Assembly (NCBI GenBank): GCA_035193785.1
Contig: CP136572.1
Span: 4,788,578-4,852,577 of the forward strand
Source of the DNA: Planktothrix sp. GU0601_MAG3
GTDB taxonomy: Bacteria; Cyanobacteriota; Cyanobacteriia; Cyanobacteriales; Microcoleaceae
Direction: 5' to 3'
DNA length: 64,000 nucleotides
The notes beneath the pieces are model-generated. The model was not told the DNA's origin and ran no database searches. It worked only from the letters and a program-made list of their open reading frames with translations. Of the stretch, positions 1 to 13,777 are shown piece by piece (the first letter of the stretch is position 1; every line of letters starts with the position of its first letter). The translations under genes were made by a program, and so were the position numbers.

Positions 1-3000
1 GACGTTCAACAACAATTGAGTAACTAATTGATAGACCCAAACCCGTCCCACTACCGACGGGTTTTGTGGTGAAAAAGGGGTCAAAAATTCGTTGTAGAAC
101 TTCTGAAACTCATTCCTAAACCATTATCTGCAATCGAAATTTTAACTTGATTATCTTGTGTTTTCTGGGTGGAAATGGTAATTGTGGGGGGATAATCAGC
201 CTGATTCATCAGATGGCGACGATGTTCTAAGGCATCAATAGCATTACTAATAACATTCATAAAAACTTGATTCAGTTGGGAGACATAACAGTTCACTTTT
301 GGCAGTTGACCATAGTTTTTAATCACTTCAATTTCCTTACTGTGGACTGAGCCTCGGAATCTAGTTTGTAATATCATTAAGGTGCTATCAATTCCTTCAT
401 GAATATCAACAGGTTTCATTTCCGCTTCATCCAAACGGGAGAAGTTTCGCAGACTTAAAACAATATTCCTAATTCTTTCAGCCCCAACTTTCATGGAAAC
501 TAATAGTTTTTGTAAATCCGTGACTAAAAACTCTAAATCAATCTCAGCAATGGTTTCCGTAATTAAGGGTTTAGGTTGAGGATATTCCTGTTGATAGACC
601 TGAATTAATCGGAGTAAATCCCTAACATATTCACTGGCGGGGGTAAGATTTCCATAGATAAAACTTACGGGATTATTAATTTCATGGGCGACTCCCGCTA
701 CCATTTGTCCTAGGGAGGACATTTTTTCACTTTGAATCAGTTGGGCTTGGGTATGTTTGAGTTGGTTTAAAGTTTGTTCTAAACGGGAATTTTTTTCGTT
801 GAGTTGTTGGGTACGTTCTTGAACTTTATTTTCAACGGAGGCATATAACAGGGCATTTTCTAAAGATACTGCCGCTTGGGAAGATAGTAGACTTAAAACT
901 TCAATTCTTTCTGAAGTAAAGGCTCCAGCCGTTAAGTTGTTTTCTAAATATAAAATTCCTAAAATTTTGCCTTGGCTAATAATCGGAGTACATAAAATAG
1001 ATTTAACTTGATGGTTACTAATATAGAGATCATGGGTAAATTGTCCCTCTAGGGTGGCATTCATTAAAACCACATCTTGACCGGTTCTTTCCACATAATA
1101 AATGACAGTTAAAGGTAAACTTGAGCCATTTTCAACATTAATTTTAGGATGAACAATAACTTCTTCATTATCCGTTGAAGCCTCAGCTTCAATTACTAAT
1201 TTATCATTATTGTATAAAATTAAAAATCCTTTTTGCGCCCCTGCATTTTCAATCACAATTTTCATTAAATTGGCTAATAATTTCTCTAAAACAATTTCTC
1301 GCGAGATGGCTTGAGAGGCTTTAATGACGGTACTTAAATCTAACAATGCTAAACTACCGCCATGGGAGGTACTCAGGGTAACGGATTCCGCCTCAAATAA
1401 AGCCGGTTTAGGGGTGGCTAAATACTTGAGTTGAGGATATTTGGTTTCTAACTGTTCGATTTTACGAACCGCACCCCAACGTTGATAGCTATAATAGGCT
1501 TCTTTGAGGTGAATATTGGCATATTTGAGTTTACTATGACTCATCCAAAATTTAGCCGTGAGTTCATGGCTAAGGGCAACATTTTGAATAAATCCGGCTT
1601 CCTGTGCCGTTGAAATTGCCTGTTCATATAAATCAATTGCCTCAAAGGGAAGTTGGGAAATTCGAGCCAATTCTGCTGCGACTAAGAGATATTTAGATAG
1701 GAAATTACTGGGACAGTTATCCGACCAAATTTTAAATTTTTCTTGATTGCTTTTGATTTTTTCTAAAAACTGCTGTTGTTGGGATTCGGAAACTTTTTCT
1801 AAATTGGCAATTAAAATTAAAGAGGAATAAAAATAATATTCCGTGACGGGAATTAACCCCAGAATAAATTGCAGTAATTCTTCAGCTTCTAAGGTTATTT
1901 TTAAGGCTGATTCTACCTCGCCATATAAATAAAGGACTTGCAGTTTATAAATTTTATAAAGACATAGAGAATAGAATTTCTGATTTTTTTGGCTAATCTC
2001 AATATAATCTAATTCTGTGATTTCTGGAGCGTCAAAAGATAATAAATCTGGGGTTTCACCGATTAAATTAAGCAAAATTCCTCGGAGTCCTGTCAATGTA
2101 TCAATCACCAGATGATTGTCAGTTTTATAGGCGAATTTCAAATAGTTTTTAACTTCTGTTAAAAACTTGGGCAAGTTGACACCCTGGGCCATTAAATTGA
2201 GAGATTGATTATTTAATAAATAACCAGCATATTGTAAATCCCCGGAATCTAAAGCAGACTGATAACCTTCATGGCCTAAAGAATTTGAATTCTTAATCGG
2301 TTTTCTAACCAATAGTTGAGACAACTAATTAAGGATGCAGATACTTTATAGACGGGATAATTCCACTTTTTATTCAGTTTTAAAGCCAGTTGACCCAACT
2401 CATAGGCGGTTTGATATTGATTAAAAATGGTAGCAACTAAAATCCCATAGGTCGCATAGAAAAATCCGGCTTCTGGAGAATATCCCGATGTAATTGCAAC
2501 TTTTACACCCTTGAGAATTACCACTGTCCATAAACTAGGATTACTGACATAGGCGGAGGGTGCTAAATTATTCAGAAGTTTTAAGGTAATTTTTTTCTCA
2601 GGTTCAATAATTGGGCTTTGATTGAGTAGGGTAGATAGGTTATTAATATTAATCAATTTTTGTAGGGATTCTAATTCTTGGGGAATAATAGTTTGTAGAT
2701 TTTCCGTGGGTAAATCTAATCCAAATAAAGCTAGGGCTTTAATTCCGGCGTTGATAGAGGCTTCATATTTTAATTGTAAGGTATATTGAATTAAAAGTAG
2801 ATTATAAACTTCGGCTTTTTCTAAAGTAGATTGAGAGTGTTTTAAAATTAATTTAATTAGGGTTTCACTTTCGGCAAATTTTCCATTTAGGTACTCTATC
2901 TCGGCTCGTTCTCGATACAATGCAAAGGTTAAAGAATAATGTTCACCCCAACTATGATCGGGTAAAATTTCAATTCCAGCGATTAAATATTCCCGGGCGG

Positions 3001-5334
3001 CACCATAGGCGGTAGCATCTTTGGCTTTTTTTCCCGCTTCTAAGTTTAAACTGGCTAATTGTAGTTGTTCTTGTTCATCGGTAATTAAAGAACGACCGAC
3101 ATTTAGGTGATCAACTAAATCAAATACCTTTTCTAACCAATATTGGGGCGGTGTATTAGCTAATAGTAACCGACCGATAGTTAGGTGAACCGATTTTTTT
3201 TGAGAGTCCGCAATTAAGGAATAGGCAGCTTGTTGAACCCGGTCATGGAGAAATTGATAATTCAGAACCAGATAGGGATTAATTTGTTCCGGTTCCAAAT
3301 TATCAGCATCCAGTAGGGGTTTAATTAAACCTTCTTTTAAAGCGGGTAGTAAATCTTGGAAGGTATCAACGGATTCCTTACTATAAATCAAGGATAATGT
3401 ATTTAAGTCAAATTGATTCCCCACACAGGCAACTAATTGTAAAACCTGTTGAGTTTTTTGGGGAAGTTTTTGGAGCTTACCAATCATTAATTCAACGACA
3501 TTATCCGTGATATCTAAGGCTTTAATTTCGGCAATATTCCATTGCCAAGCAATTCTTTCTGAGTTAAAAGTTAGGAGTTTTTCTTGATATAAAGTTTTGA
3601 GAAATTCATTAACAAAAAAGGGATTTCCTTCCGTTTTTTTGATTACCAATTCAGCCAAGGGGAGAACGGTATGGCGATCGCTATGGAGGGTATCGGCGAC
3701 CAGTTTCCGTCACTTGTTCTAAATTTAAAGCTGTTAGATGAATTTCATGAATTAAGCCTTCAACATCGGGTTCTGGGGTAAAATATTCGGATTTTAACCC
3801 TTCTAACATCATCATTAAAGGGTGGGTGGGACTAACTTCGTTATCCCGATAGGCTCCAATTAAAAATAAATATTGGGTGGCATCATCTGTTAACATTAAT
3901 TTCAGTAATTTTAAAGTTGCAGAGTCAGCCCACTGTAAATCATCCAAGAAAATCACTAAGGGATGTGACTGTTGACAAAACAGACGAATAAAGTTCTGAA
4001 ACACCAAATTAAACCGATTTTGAGATTCAGCCGCACCCAATTCTAATACCGCCGGTTGCGGGCCGATAATTAGTTCAATTTCGGGAATTACATCAATAAT
4101 AATTTGTCCATTTGGCCCTAAAATTCTTAATAATCTTTCTCGCCATTGATCTAACTTCTCTTGACTTTCACTCAATAGTAATCTGGCTAATTCAGACAGG
4201 GCATTAACTAGGGCAGAATAGGGAATACTGCGTTGAAATTGGTCAAATTTTCCACTAATAAAATAGCCGTTTTTTTCAATAATTGATTTACAAATTTCTT
4301 GGACTAAGACTGATTTTCCAATCCCCGAATATCCAGCAATTAGCATAATTTCGGTTTTGCCCTGACCCACCCGGTCAAAGGCTTGAATTAAGATATCAAT
4401 CTCGTTTTCTCGGCCATAGAGCTTTTTAGGAATCTTAAACTGATCGGAAATATCGTGCATTCCCAGGGGAAATTCGCCAACGGTTCCTGTGGCTTGAACT
4501 TGTTTCAAACTATCTTCTAAATCGGCAATTAATCCCCAGGCGCTCTGGTAGCGTTCTTCGGGGGTTTTAGATAATAATTTCAGGACAATTCGAGAAATAA
4601 TTGGGGGAATTTCTGGGTTGATTTCATGGGGAGGAATCGGCTGTTTTGCGAGATGGGCGTGCACTAACTCCATGGCATCTGTTGAGGGAAACGGAACCTG
4701 TTGGGTTAATAATTCATAAAACGTTGCTCCCAAGGAATAAAAATCCGTTCGATAGTCTACTGACCGATTCATTCTTCCGGTTTGTTCGGGAGAAATATAG
4801 GGGAGGGTTTCCTTCTAAATTTTGCGGGGGATGGAGCCGTAGGGATTCCTGAGTTAATCCACTAGAAATGCTAAAATCAATTAATTTAACCTGTCCAGTG
4901 GCAGGATTAAAAATAATATTGGAGGGGTTAATATCTTTGTGAATCAGGTTAGCAGCATGAATTTCGCGTAATCCTTTGGCAATTTTGATCGCCAGGGTTA
5001 AAAATCCTAAGAGAGTAAATTTCTGGGTAGCTAATAAGATTTTTAACGATTCTCCGCCAAAATCTTCTAAGGTCATTACTAAAGTATTTTGATGGGTTTG
5101 AAGTTCATAAACCTTAATTACACTGTCTAAATTAAAGTTGCGTAGGATTTTATATTCTCGCTCATATTTTTGAATATCAGATTGGGGCGGAAATTCCCCC
5201 TGTAGCACTTTTAAAATGACGGGTGAGTGATCCTGTTCTCGGATTGCTCGATAAACAACGGAGTTAACACTTTCGTAGATTTGTGCTAGGATTTGATATC
5301 CGGGCAAGGCGATCATATTCGTTTCCTTCTGCAC
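1..5334 (-). CDS. Ser/Thr kinase-AAA ATPase-GAF-histidine kinase multidomain sensor (runs off the window start; four apparent frameshifts)
   Basis: HKDINPSN and IDFS kinase motifs, GYSGIGKS P-loop, [12 protein letters not shown] region, [10 protein letters not shown]-box, [14 protein letters not shown]-box. After repair at 105 the frame continues [20 protein letters not shown] pieces join at GAAAC/GTTTC sites 4807, 3703, 2300 and 105. Confidence 0.92.
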
Positions 5335-5636
5335 TGATTTAGGCTGAGTTGGTTAAGTTTTCGTGATGAATCAGAATGTTAAAATATACCTAAAAAATAA
5401 TTATCGATACAACCTGAAAATATAGATTCCGTTATTAATTTAAGGTACTGAACCCGGATCAACCTGATCGGTTAACGGGTGCTCTCAGGGAGAACTAGAA
5501 TTATAGAATAACACGGCGGGGGGAAAACGAGTATGGCTTTTTTGCAGATGTCGGTCAAATAATTCGTTGCTAACACCAAGCTAATCCAACTACCAATTAG
5601 TAAATAATCTCAATTATTAATCTTATTATTCTGTCA

Positions 5637-5846
5637 TATAGCAATCCCATTTGAGTTCAGGGATGTTTCATTCTCTACGAAAAACTGTATAACCTCTCCC
5701 CCAACCCCTTTCTTGCGAGGAGAGGGGGGAAGAATTCATCCTTGAAGCGGGGTATTTTCTAAGTAAACTCTTACCTTAATTGTTTCCGACTTAATCCGGG
5801 ATCAAAATTATTTAATTTGGATCACTTTTTCCTGAGTTCTAAATAG
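5637..5846. mobile_element. Degenerate TATAGCAATCC-type MITE-like element with an internal CCTCTCCCCC...GGAGAGGGGG palindrome
   Basis: Left end TATAGCAATCCCATTTGAGTTCAGG resembles the element at 51874. Only a weak inverted copy (CCTGAGTTCTAAAT) near 5831-5844. Internal imperfect hairpin at ~5692-5730. Confidence 0.4.
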
Positions 5847-5917
5847 AAAAAACACCTGGGAGTCTGGCCGAGTTTCGACCCCAAGTGCCCTTTCTTTATT
5901 AATCTCACTCCTCACAC
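5847..5917 (-). ncRNA. yfr2: Yfr2-family small RNA (putative)
   Basis: Predicted 5' end GUGUGAGGAGUGAG is the exact complement of the conserved Yfr1 motif ACUCCUCACAC. It is followed by a stem-loop CACUUGGGGUC-GAAACUCGGCCA-GACUCCCAGGUG and a U6 tail, with its own promoter just upstream. Confidence 0.7.
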
Positions 5918-5923
5918 TCCTCA

Positions 5924-5951
5924 AATATACACGATTATTTGGGGATGTCAA
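5924..5951 (-). promoter_or_regulatory. sigma70-type promoter of the putative Yfr2 RNA
   Basis: Minus strand TTGACA-N16-TATATT; predicted start about 7 nt downstream at 5917. Confidence 0.65.
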
Positions 5952-6003
5952 GGAAAAACTCAAAAACAAAATCTACAGCCCGGATCAAGAACGCTTCAAC
6001 TCC

Positions 6004-8788
6004 TTAGACAACAGACGGTTGAGGCTGGAATTGGAACATGGAATAGATCACGTTTCGGCGAATATCGGTCATCATATCCAAGAACAATTCATATCCCTCA
6101 CTCTTATATTCAATTAAGGGGTCTTTTTGTCCATAACTCCGTAAACCGACGGACTCCCGCAGGGCATCCATTTGTTGTAAATGTTCCCGCCATAGGGTAT
6201 CAATTTGCTGGAGAATGAAGAAGCGTTCGGCTTCGCGCATTAACCCAGACCGAATTTGATTAACTTGATTCTCCTTGAGATCATAGGCATTGCGTAACTG
6301 TTCATGCAGGAAAGTTTTAATTTCATCTACGGATAAATCCACCAATTGTTCGGCGGTTAAATCCGCTAAAAGATAAACAAATTCCTTAGCTTTGACCACC
6401 AAATTTTCTAAATCCCATTCTTCCGAAGGTAGGTCAGGATTAATATAGGCTTCCACAATATCATCCATGGTTTGTTCGCCATATTTAATCACTTGTTCCT
6501 TCAAATCCTGCCCTTCTAAAACCCGTCGCCGTTCGGCATAAATTGCCCGCCGTTGGTTGTTCATTACCTCGTCATATTCAAATACCTGTTTACGGATATC
6601 GTAATAGTAGGTTTCAACTTTTCGTTGGGCATTTTCCAGCGATCGGGTTAACAATTTAGACTCAATGGGCATATCTTCATCCACATTAAAAGCATCCATT
6701 AATCCCGCTACCCGATCGCCCCCAAAAATCCGTAATAAATTATCCTGTAAACTCAAGAAAAACCGCGTGGAACCCGGATCACCCTGTCGTCCAGCCCGTC
6801 CCCGCAATTGATTATCAATCCGGCGGGACTCATGGCGTTCGGTTTCCGATCACATGGAGTCCACCATATTCCACCACCTCGTTATGTTCCTGTTTGGTGA
6901 AGTTTTCGTACTCGTGAACGATCAAGTTATAGACCTCGCGCAATTTTTGAATCACCGGGTCAGTGGTGGGGGCTTTTTCCGAAGCCACCGCTAGTAAATC
7001 CTCCGCTTGTAACTCGGGTAAACTGCGTTCTCCATGAACTCCCACGGCAAAATCCACGGCTTCTTTGAGCTTTTGTTCGGTGGATTTAGATAATTCCGTG
7101 GGGAATAATTGGGTTGAAACTTTCCAGTTTTTGGGTTTTTTACTCTGATCAAATCCTTGGGCGGCGGGGCGACGGCTACCCGGTACCCCAGCAATTACTA
7201 ACTCCCTTTCATCATCGGGTTTAACAATTTTCGGCATCAAATACTCACGCATTTTCAGCCGTCCCATAAATTCCGCATTGCCCCCCAAAATAATATCCGT
7301 TCCCCGTCCGGCCATGTTGGTGGAAATAGTTACGGCCCCTTTGCGTCCGGCTTGGGAAATAATTTCCGATTCCCGTTCGACGTTTTCCGGTTTAGCGTTT
7401 AATAAATTATGGGGAATTTTGCGTTGTTGTAATAAATTCGAGAGAATTTCTGATTTTTCGACGCTAGTTGTTCCGACTAAAACCGGACGCCCTTCTTTAT
7501 GTAAATCCGCACATTCTTCAGCAATAGAAGTCCATTTTCCTTCTTCAGTTTTATAGACCACATCGGGCAAATCTTGACGTCCAGTAATCCGGTTAGTCGG
7601 AATAATAGTAACTTGCAGTTTATAGATGCGTTCAAACTCGGCTTCTTCGGTTTTGGCGGTTCCAGTCATCCCCGATAATTTGGGATATAACAGGAAGAAA
7701 TTTTGATAGGTAATGGTGGCTAAGGTTTGGGTTTCCGGTTGAATATCTACCCGTTCTTTAGCTTCAATGGCTTGATGTAAACCGTCACTCCAACGACGTC
7801 CCGGCATCACCCGCCCGGTAAATTCATCAACGATGATCACTTCCCCATTACCGATAATATAGTTGACGTCTTTAATAAATAATTCTTTGGCTTTTAAAGC
7901 ATTAAAAACAAAGTGCGCCCAAGGATCATTCGGATCATATAAATCTTGAACTCCAAATAGTTCTTCCGCCCGGGCAAAACCTTCATCGGTCATCAGAACA
8001 TTACGGCCTTTTTCATCGACTTCATAATGTTCTTCTTTTTGCATCATTTGGGCAACTTCCGCCGCCCGCATATATTTTTGGCTGGGACGTTCCACTTGAC
8101 CGGAAATAATTAAAGGAGTGCGGGCTTCATCAACTAAAACCGAGTCCACTTCGTCAATAATGCAATAGTTAAATACCCTCTGCACCACTTCATCCATAGA
8201 GGTCGCCATGTTGTCCCGCAGGTAGTCAAACCCCATTTCACTGTTTGTCCCGTAGGTAATATCACAGTTGTAGTTTTTCTGCCGTTGGTCGGGACTCATA
8301 TCTTGCTGAATTAGCCCCACACTTAGCCCCAGGAAGCGGTGAATTTGTCCCATCCATTCCGCATCCCGTCGGGCGAGATAATCGTTAACGGTGATGACGT
8401 GAACCCCTTTTCCGGCCAAGGCGTTCAGGTAGGCCGGAAGGGTGGAAACCAGGGTTTTTCCTTCCCCGGTTTTCATCTCGGCAATTTGCCCCGTATGGAG
8501 GATAATCCCCCCTAGCATTTGGACGTCAAAGTGTCGCATCCCCAAAACCCTCTTTCCCGCTTCCCGAACAACGGCAAACGCTTCTGGGAGAATTTCATCC
8601 AGGATGAGGTTTTCTTCGTCTCGGTTTTTGGCTTTGGCTAATTTTTCTTTAAATTCTCCTGTCTTGGCCCGCAATTGTTCATCTGAGAGGCTTTGAATTT
8701 CTTCCTCTAAAATGTTGATATCCGTGACAAGAGGCTGATATTTTTTAAGTTTACGCGCATTTGGATCACCTAACAGAGCTTTTAACAT
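6004..8788 (-). CDS. secA: Preprotein translocase ATPase SecA
   Basis: [22 protein letters not shown]. Removing one base at 6842-6846 restores the invariant [25 protein letters not shown]. Confidence 0.98.
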
Positions 8789-8900
8789 GGCAAGAACAGG
8801 ATATAGTTACGAAAATTTATTGGTTTTGAATAAATCATTGTTGATTCTAGCATTTCCTGGCTGCATCTGGTTCACCTGACACCGTTGACCCTAATTTAAC

Positions 8901-10289
8901 TTACGATGGGGTTTGGGGGAGCTATAAGTCCCACACTGAATTTCACAAAACAAAAAAAACAACCACCAAATCAGTGTGGGTTACATGGACTCCCCCAAGT
9001 TAATTTTGTTCGGTCAATCCCGACAAAATTAACAATAATATGTTAAAGTATATCCAAAAGTTTTGAAAGCGACAATGTTTCAGGCATACAAATTCCGAAT
9101 CTATCCAAATACCGAACAGCAAATCGCCTTAGCTAAAAGTTTTGGTTGTTGCCGTTGGTATTGGAATTATGCCCTGAACTTGTGCCAAGAAACCTATAAA
9201 ACAACAGGGAAAGGATTATCCAGAAAAGTGATTCAAGGATTGTTACCTCAACTAAAAAAGGAATATCCTTGGCTGACAGATACCTATTCTCAATGCCTAC
9301 AAGTTGTCGCACTAAACTTATCTACGTCTTACAAAAACTTCTTTGATAAACGGGCGAGATTACCTCGGTTCAAATCTAAACATGGTAGACAATCAATCAG
9401 TTATCCCCAAAACGTTAAGTTTAAAGGGGATTATCTAAAACTACCTGGTAAATTAGGGTTGGTTTATTGTTTGCGCCATCGGGAATTTCAAGGCGTAATT
9501 AAAACCGTTACTGTCTCAAAAAATCCTGATGGGAAATATTATGCTTCTATCTTAGTTGATGACGGCAAGGAAACACCCAACCTATCAACCAATGGAAAAG
9601 CAATTGGGATTGATTTAGGGTTAACTCATTTTGCGATTACTAGCGATGGGGACAAGTATAGCAACCCCAAACATTTGGCTAAACATCAACGCAATTTAAA
9701 GCGAAAACAACAAAAATTATCTCGTAAACAAAAGGGAAGTAATAGTAGACAAAAAGCAAGATTAAAGGTTGCTAAAGTCCACGCTAAAATCTATCGTTGC
9801 CGGGAAGATTTTCTCCACAAACTATCCCGCAAGATAGTGAATGAAAACCAAGTGATTGCTGTAGAAAATCTAGCACTTAAGAATATGGTGAGAAACCATA
9901 AGTTATCCAAGGCAATTAGTGATTGTGGATGGGGGATGTTCGGTACAATGCTCAAATACAAAGCCGAAAAAGAAGGGAAAACCTATCAAGAAGTTGATAG
10001 ATTTTTCCCTTCTTCTAAAACTTGTAACGTCTGTCTAAATCAAGTGGGTAGTTTACCACTTGATATTAGAAGTTGGATTTGCGAACATTGCCAAACAATC
10101 CATGACCGAGATATTAACGCTGCAATCAATATTAAAACTGAAGCCTTGCGGATTTTATCGTTGGGAAACCAGCGATACTGCTAGTCTGAGGGGATGTCAG
10201 TCACCGGAACAAACTTCTGTTTCTTCTGATGCTATCCCCGTTGATGCTAGAAGCCCACACTTACTTGTAGAGAAGTGTGGGTAGTTCAC
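8901..10289 (+). mobile_element. IS200/IS605-family element carrying tnpB only (IS1341-like)
   Basis: Left-end hairpin CCCACACTGA...TCAGTGTGGG (~8930-8980). Right-end hairpin GAAG-CCCACACTT...AAGTGTGGG-TAGTTCAC ending at 10289. No tnpA. Left boundary uncertain (8901 or 8905). Confidence 0.85.
9063..10284 (+). CDS. tnpB: RNA-guided endonuclease TnpB
   Basis: AYKFRIYP N-terminus, RuvC-I GIDLG, RuvC-II AVENL, CxxC...CxxC zinc finger, Ruv[14 protein letters not shown]. Apparent +1 at 10165; the repaired frame ends at TAG 10284. Likely start is ATG 9075. Confidence 0.95.
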
Positions 10290-12051
10290 GCCGGACTGTA
10301 CCCGCCATAAACCCGCATAAATACCCGGCGCTTCTAAGAGGTTTTCATGGGTTCCAGATTCGACTAATTTTCCCTGTTCCATCACATAAATACAGTCGGC
10401 ATTTCTAACCGTTGAAAGTCGATGGGCGATCGCAATTGTTGTCCGATTTTTGGTAATTTTTTCTAAGGATCTTTGGATGGCGGCTTCAGTTTCATTATCC
10501 ACGGCCGATGTGGCTTCATCTAAGATTAAGATGGGGGGATTTTTTAAGACCGCCCGGGCGATCGCAATTCTTTGTCGTTGTCCCCCAGATAATTTCTGAC
10601 CCCGTTCCCCTACAATAGTCTCATATTTATTTGGTAAATCCCGAATAAATTCATCGGCTTCGGCGATTTTTGCCGCTTCGATAATATCAGTTAAGGACGC
10701 ATCAAAACTGCCATAGGCAATATTTTCGGCAACGGTTTCCATGAAACAGAAAAACATCCTGACTAACTAAGCCAATAGCTTTGCGTAAATCCTCTAATTT
10801 CAAACGGTTTAATTCAATGCCATCTATCGTAATTACCCCGGCATTAATTTCATATAACCGCAATAATAATTTTACCAAGGTACTTTTTCCCGACCCCGTA
10901 GCACCGACAATTGCAATGGTTTGTCCGGCGGGAATTTTTAGAGATAAATCCTGAATAATCTGATTGCGATTTTGATAGGAAAAATAGACATTTTTAAATT
11001 CTATTTCTCCTCTAACTGAAGCCACAGGTAGGGAAATATCCCCCGGATGAATTTCTATCGGAGTATCTAATAAATTCATCACCCGGTTAATAGAAGCCAT
11101 CGCCCGTTGATATTGGTCAAAGGTATCTCCCAGGCGGGTTAAAGGCCATAATAACCGTTGGGTAATAAACACTAAAACGCTATAGGTTCCCACGGCTAAG
11201 GCCCCGGAAGTTACTTGTAAACCTCCTAATAATAAGGTAGCAATAAATCCAAATAAAATTAAACTTCTAATTACTGGAACATAAGCAGAGGATAGGGTAA
11301 TTGCTCGGCGATTGCTTTGGCGGTAGGCTTCACTATGTTCGGTAATTCTTTGGATTTCATACTGTTCGGCGGTAAAACTTTTAATAGTAGTAATCCCGCC
11401 TAAATTATTAGCCAGTTGTCCATTTAGTAACCCAACTTTTTCCCGCACATCTGCATAACGGGGGGCGAGTAGTTTCTGGAACCAAACCGAACCCCAAACA
11501 ATAAAAGGCATGGGTAACATTGCCCACCAAGCAACAGTTGGGGCTAAAATAAAGAAGGCTGCTCCGATTACAATTACCGTAGTAATTACTTGGATAATTT
11601 CATTCGCCCCGATATCTAAAAACCTTTCTAGCTGGTTAATATCATCATTTAAAATTGACATTAAACCGCCACTACTGCGTTCTTCAAAGTAGGCTAATTC
11701 TAAGTTTTGTAAATGTCCATAGGCATCTAATCTGAGGTTATGTTGCAAGGTTTGGGCTAAATTTCGCCACAATACTTTATAGGCATATTCAAAAACCGAT
11801 TCTAAACTCCAGATAATTAAGCTCAAAAACGATAACATTAATAATTGATTAAAAGCCCCTTGAATCCCCCACTGGGACAGGAAGGAAACCTGGGGGTTAA
11901 TCACCACATCAACGGCCCATCCAATTAATACCGGAGGGGCTAAATCAAAGATTTTATTTAAAACTGAATAAACCGTTGCTAACCCAATGGTTTTTTGATA
12001 GGGACGAGCATAAACTAGAAACCGTTTTAAGGGATGATTGAGTTGAGACAT
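10197..12051 (-). CDS. ABC exporter, fused permease/ATP-binding (MsbA-like)
   Basis: N-terminal TM domain, [26 protein letters not shown]. Apparent +1 at 10735. The last 30 codons come from the IS right end. Confidence 0.93.
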
Positions 12052-12186
12052 TGTTTTAATATTAAAATCTATAGCAATTCTATAGGATTGCCAGGGGGTA
12101 AAAATTTTAAATATATAGGTTTTTGAGTTCGGCCATGATGGTTTTGAGTAAAATTATTTCTATTTTATACTCTGCGGAATATAGAT

Positions 12187-12215
12187 AAAAAGTCGGGGCA
12201 TGGCCCCGGCTTTTT
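12187..12215. terminator. Intrinsic terminator downstream of sbtB
   Basis: AAAAAGTCGGGG-CATGG-CCCCGGCTTTTT hairpin with A and T tracts on either side. Confidence 0.75.
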
Positions 12216-12234
12216 AGATCTGCGTCGTCTCTAT

Positions 12235-12664
<430 letters not shown>

Positions 12665-13777
12665 TTAGCCGCCACCTAGCGCCTGGGCGAGCCCAAGGAA
12701 GAGCGGTATACACAAGCCGATCGCAACGGGTGTACCGATGGCTGTGGATGCGCCGATGTAGGCGGAGGGATTAGCCGACGGAATCCCGGCTCGCAACGTG
12801 GGTGGGCCGGAGATGTCTGAACTCGAAGCCGCGATTACGGCCAGGATCACAACACCGCCTAGACTGAATCCCGTGGCGTAGTGGGCAATCATGCCGAGAC
12901 CGAAGGCGATGAACCCATGCAGCAGGGGTGCGACTATGCTATAAACAACGTACCACTGGGCTACCTTACGCAGTTCGCCAATCCTTGACCAAGCCTCCAT
13001 ACCCATGACCAGCATCAAGATCGACAGCAAGCCCCGGAAGAGGGGATCGTAGAAGCTTTTATAGACACTTTCCGGCTGGGTGAACAGGCCAAGGGCAATG
13101 CCGAGCAACATTGCCGATAGGGCAGGCCCCTGAAGGCTTTCCTGTATGATCGGCCATATTTTGACCCGATTATCCTCGGACTGCTGATTGCTGAGATACT
13201 CTTGCCGGGTGCTGGGATAATCTTGCTGATCGGGATAATTGCCTGCCGCCACGGGCTGCTTACTGGGATACTCCCCTGCTGCACTATGCTTCTTCTTGTT
13301 GAGATAAATGTTTGCCACCACAATCGCCGTTACGAGCGCTGGGATATCCATGAAAGGATAGAGTGCGGCAGCCCAGGCCTCGTATTGGATGTTTTGTTCT
13401 TCCAGTAGCGTCAGGGCGGCAGCCATGGTAGAGCCACTCACAGCACCAAATAACCCCCCGGTCGCAATCGCATCTACGGTTTTGACCTTCGGCAGATTAG
13501 CCAAAGTATAGCGTGCGATGAATACAACAAGAACCCCTACTGTTATAGCAAACGCTGCGGGTAAAATCATCTCCGTCAGGTTGGAATTGCGGATCGCCTG
13601 ACCACCGGTCAGACCAATTTTCATCAGCAGCATGAAGACGATGATCTGACAAATCGCCTCTGGAATTACCAATTCGCTACCGAGAGCGGCAATGACCATA
13701 CCACCAATCAAAAACCCGAGTGTCGGGGACTGCAACTGCTTAACGAAGTCCATTAAAAACAATGACCAAAAATCCAC
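12665..13777 (-). CDS. sbtA: Na+-dependent bicarbonate transporter SbtA
   Basis: QSPTLGFLIGG, FGAVSGST, MDIPALVTAI, ASSSDISGPP motifs; about 10 TM segments; GGAG-type RBS before the GTG start. Confidence 0.97.
   Translation of the reverse strand: MDFWSLFLMDFVKQLQSPTLGFLIGGMVIAALGSELVIPEAICQIIVFMLLMKIGLTGGQAIRNSNLTEMILPAAFAITVGVLVVFIARYTLANLPKVKTVDAIATGGLFGAVSGSTMAAALTLLEEQNIQYEAWAAALYPFMDIPALVTAIVVANIYLNKKKHSAAGEYPSKQPVAAGNYPDQQDYPSTRQEYLSNQQSEDNRVKIWPIIQESLQGPALSAMLLGIALGLFTQPESVYKSFYDPLFRGLLSILMLVMGMEAWSRIGELRKVAQWYVVYSIVAPLLHGFIAFGLGMIAHYATGFSLGGVVILAVIAASSSDISGPPTLRAGIPSANPSAYIGASTAIGTPVAIGLCIPLFLGLAQALGGG

Noticed and set aside
5907..5917. Yfr1 gene on the + strand (ACTCCTCACAC)
   Set aside because: It lacks the flanking hairpin and terminator on +, while promoter and terminator both point to a minus-strand RNA.
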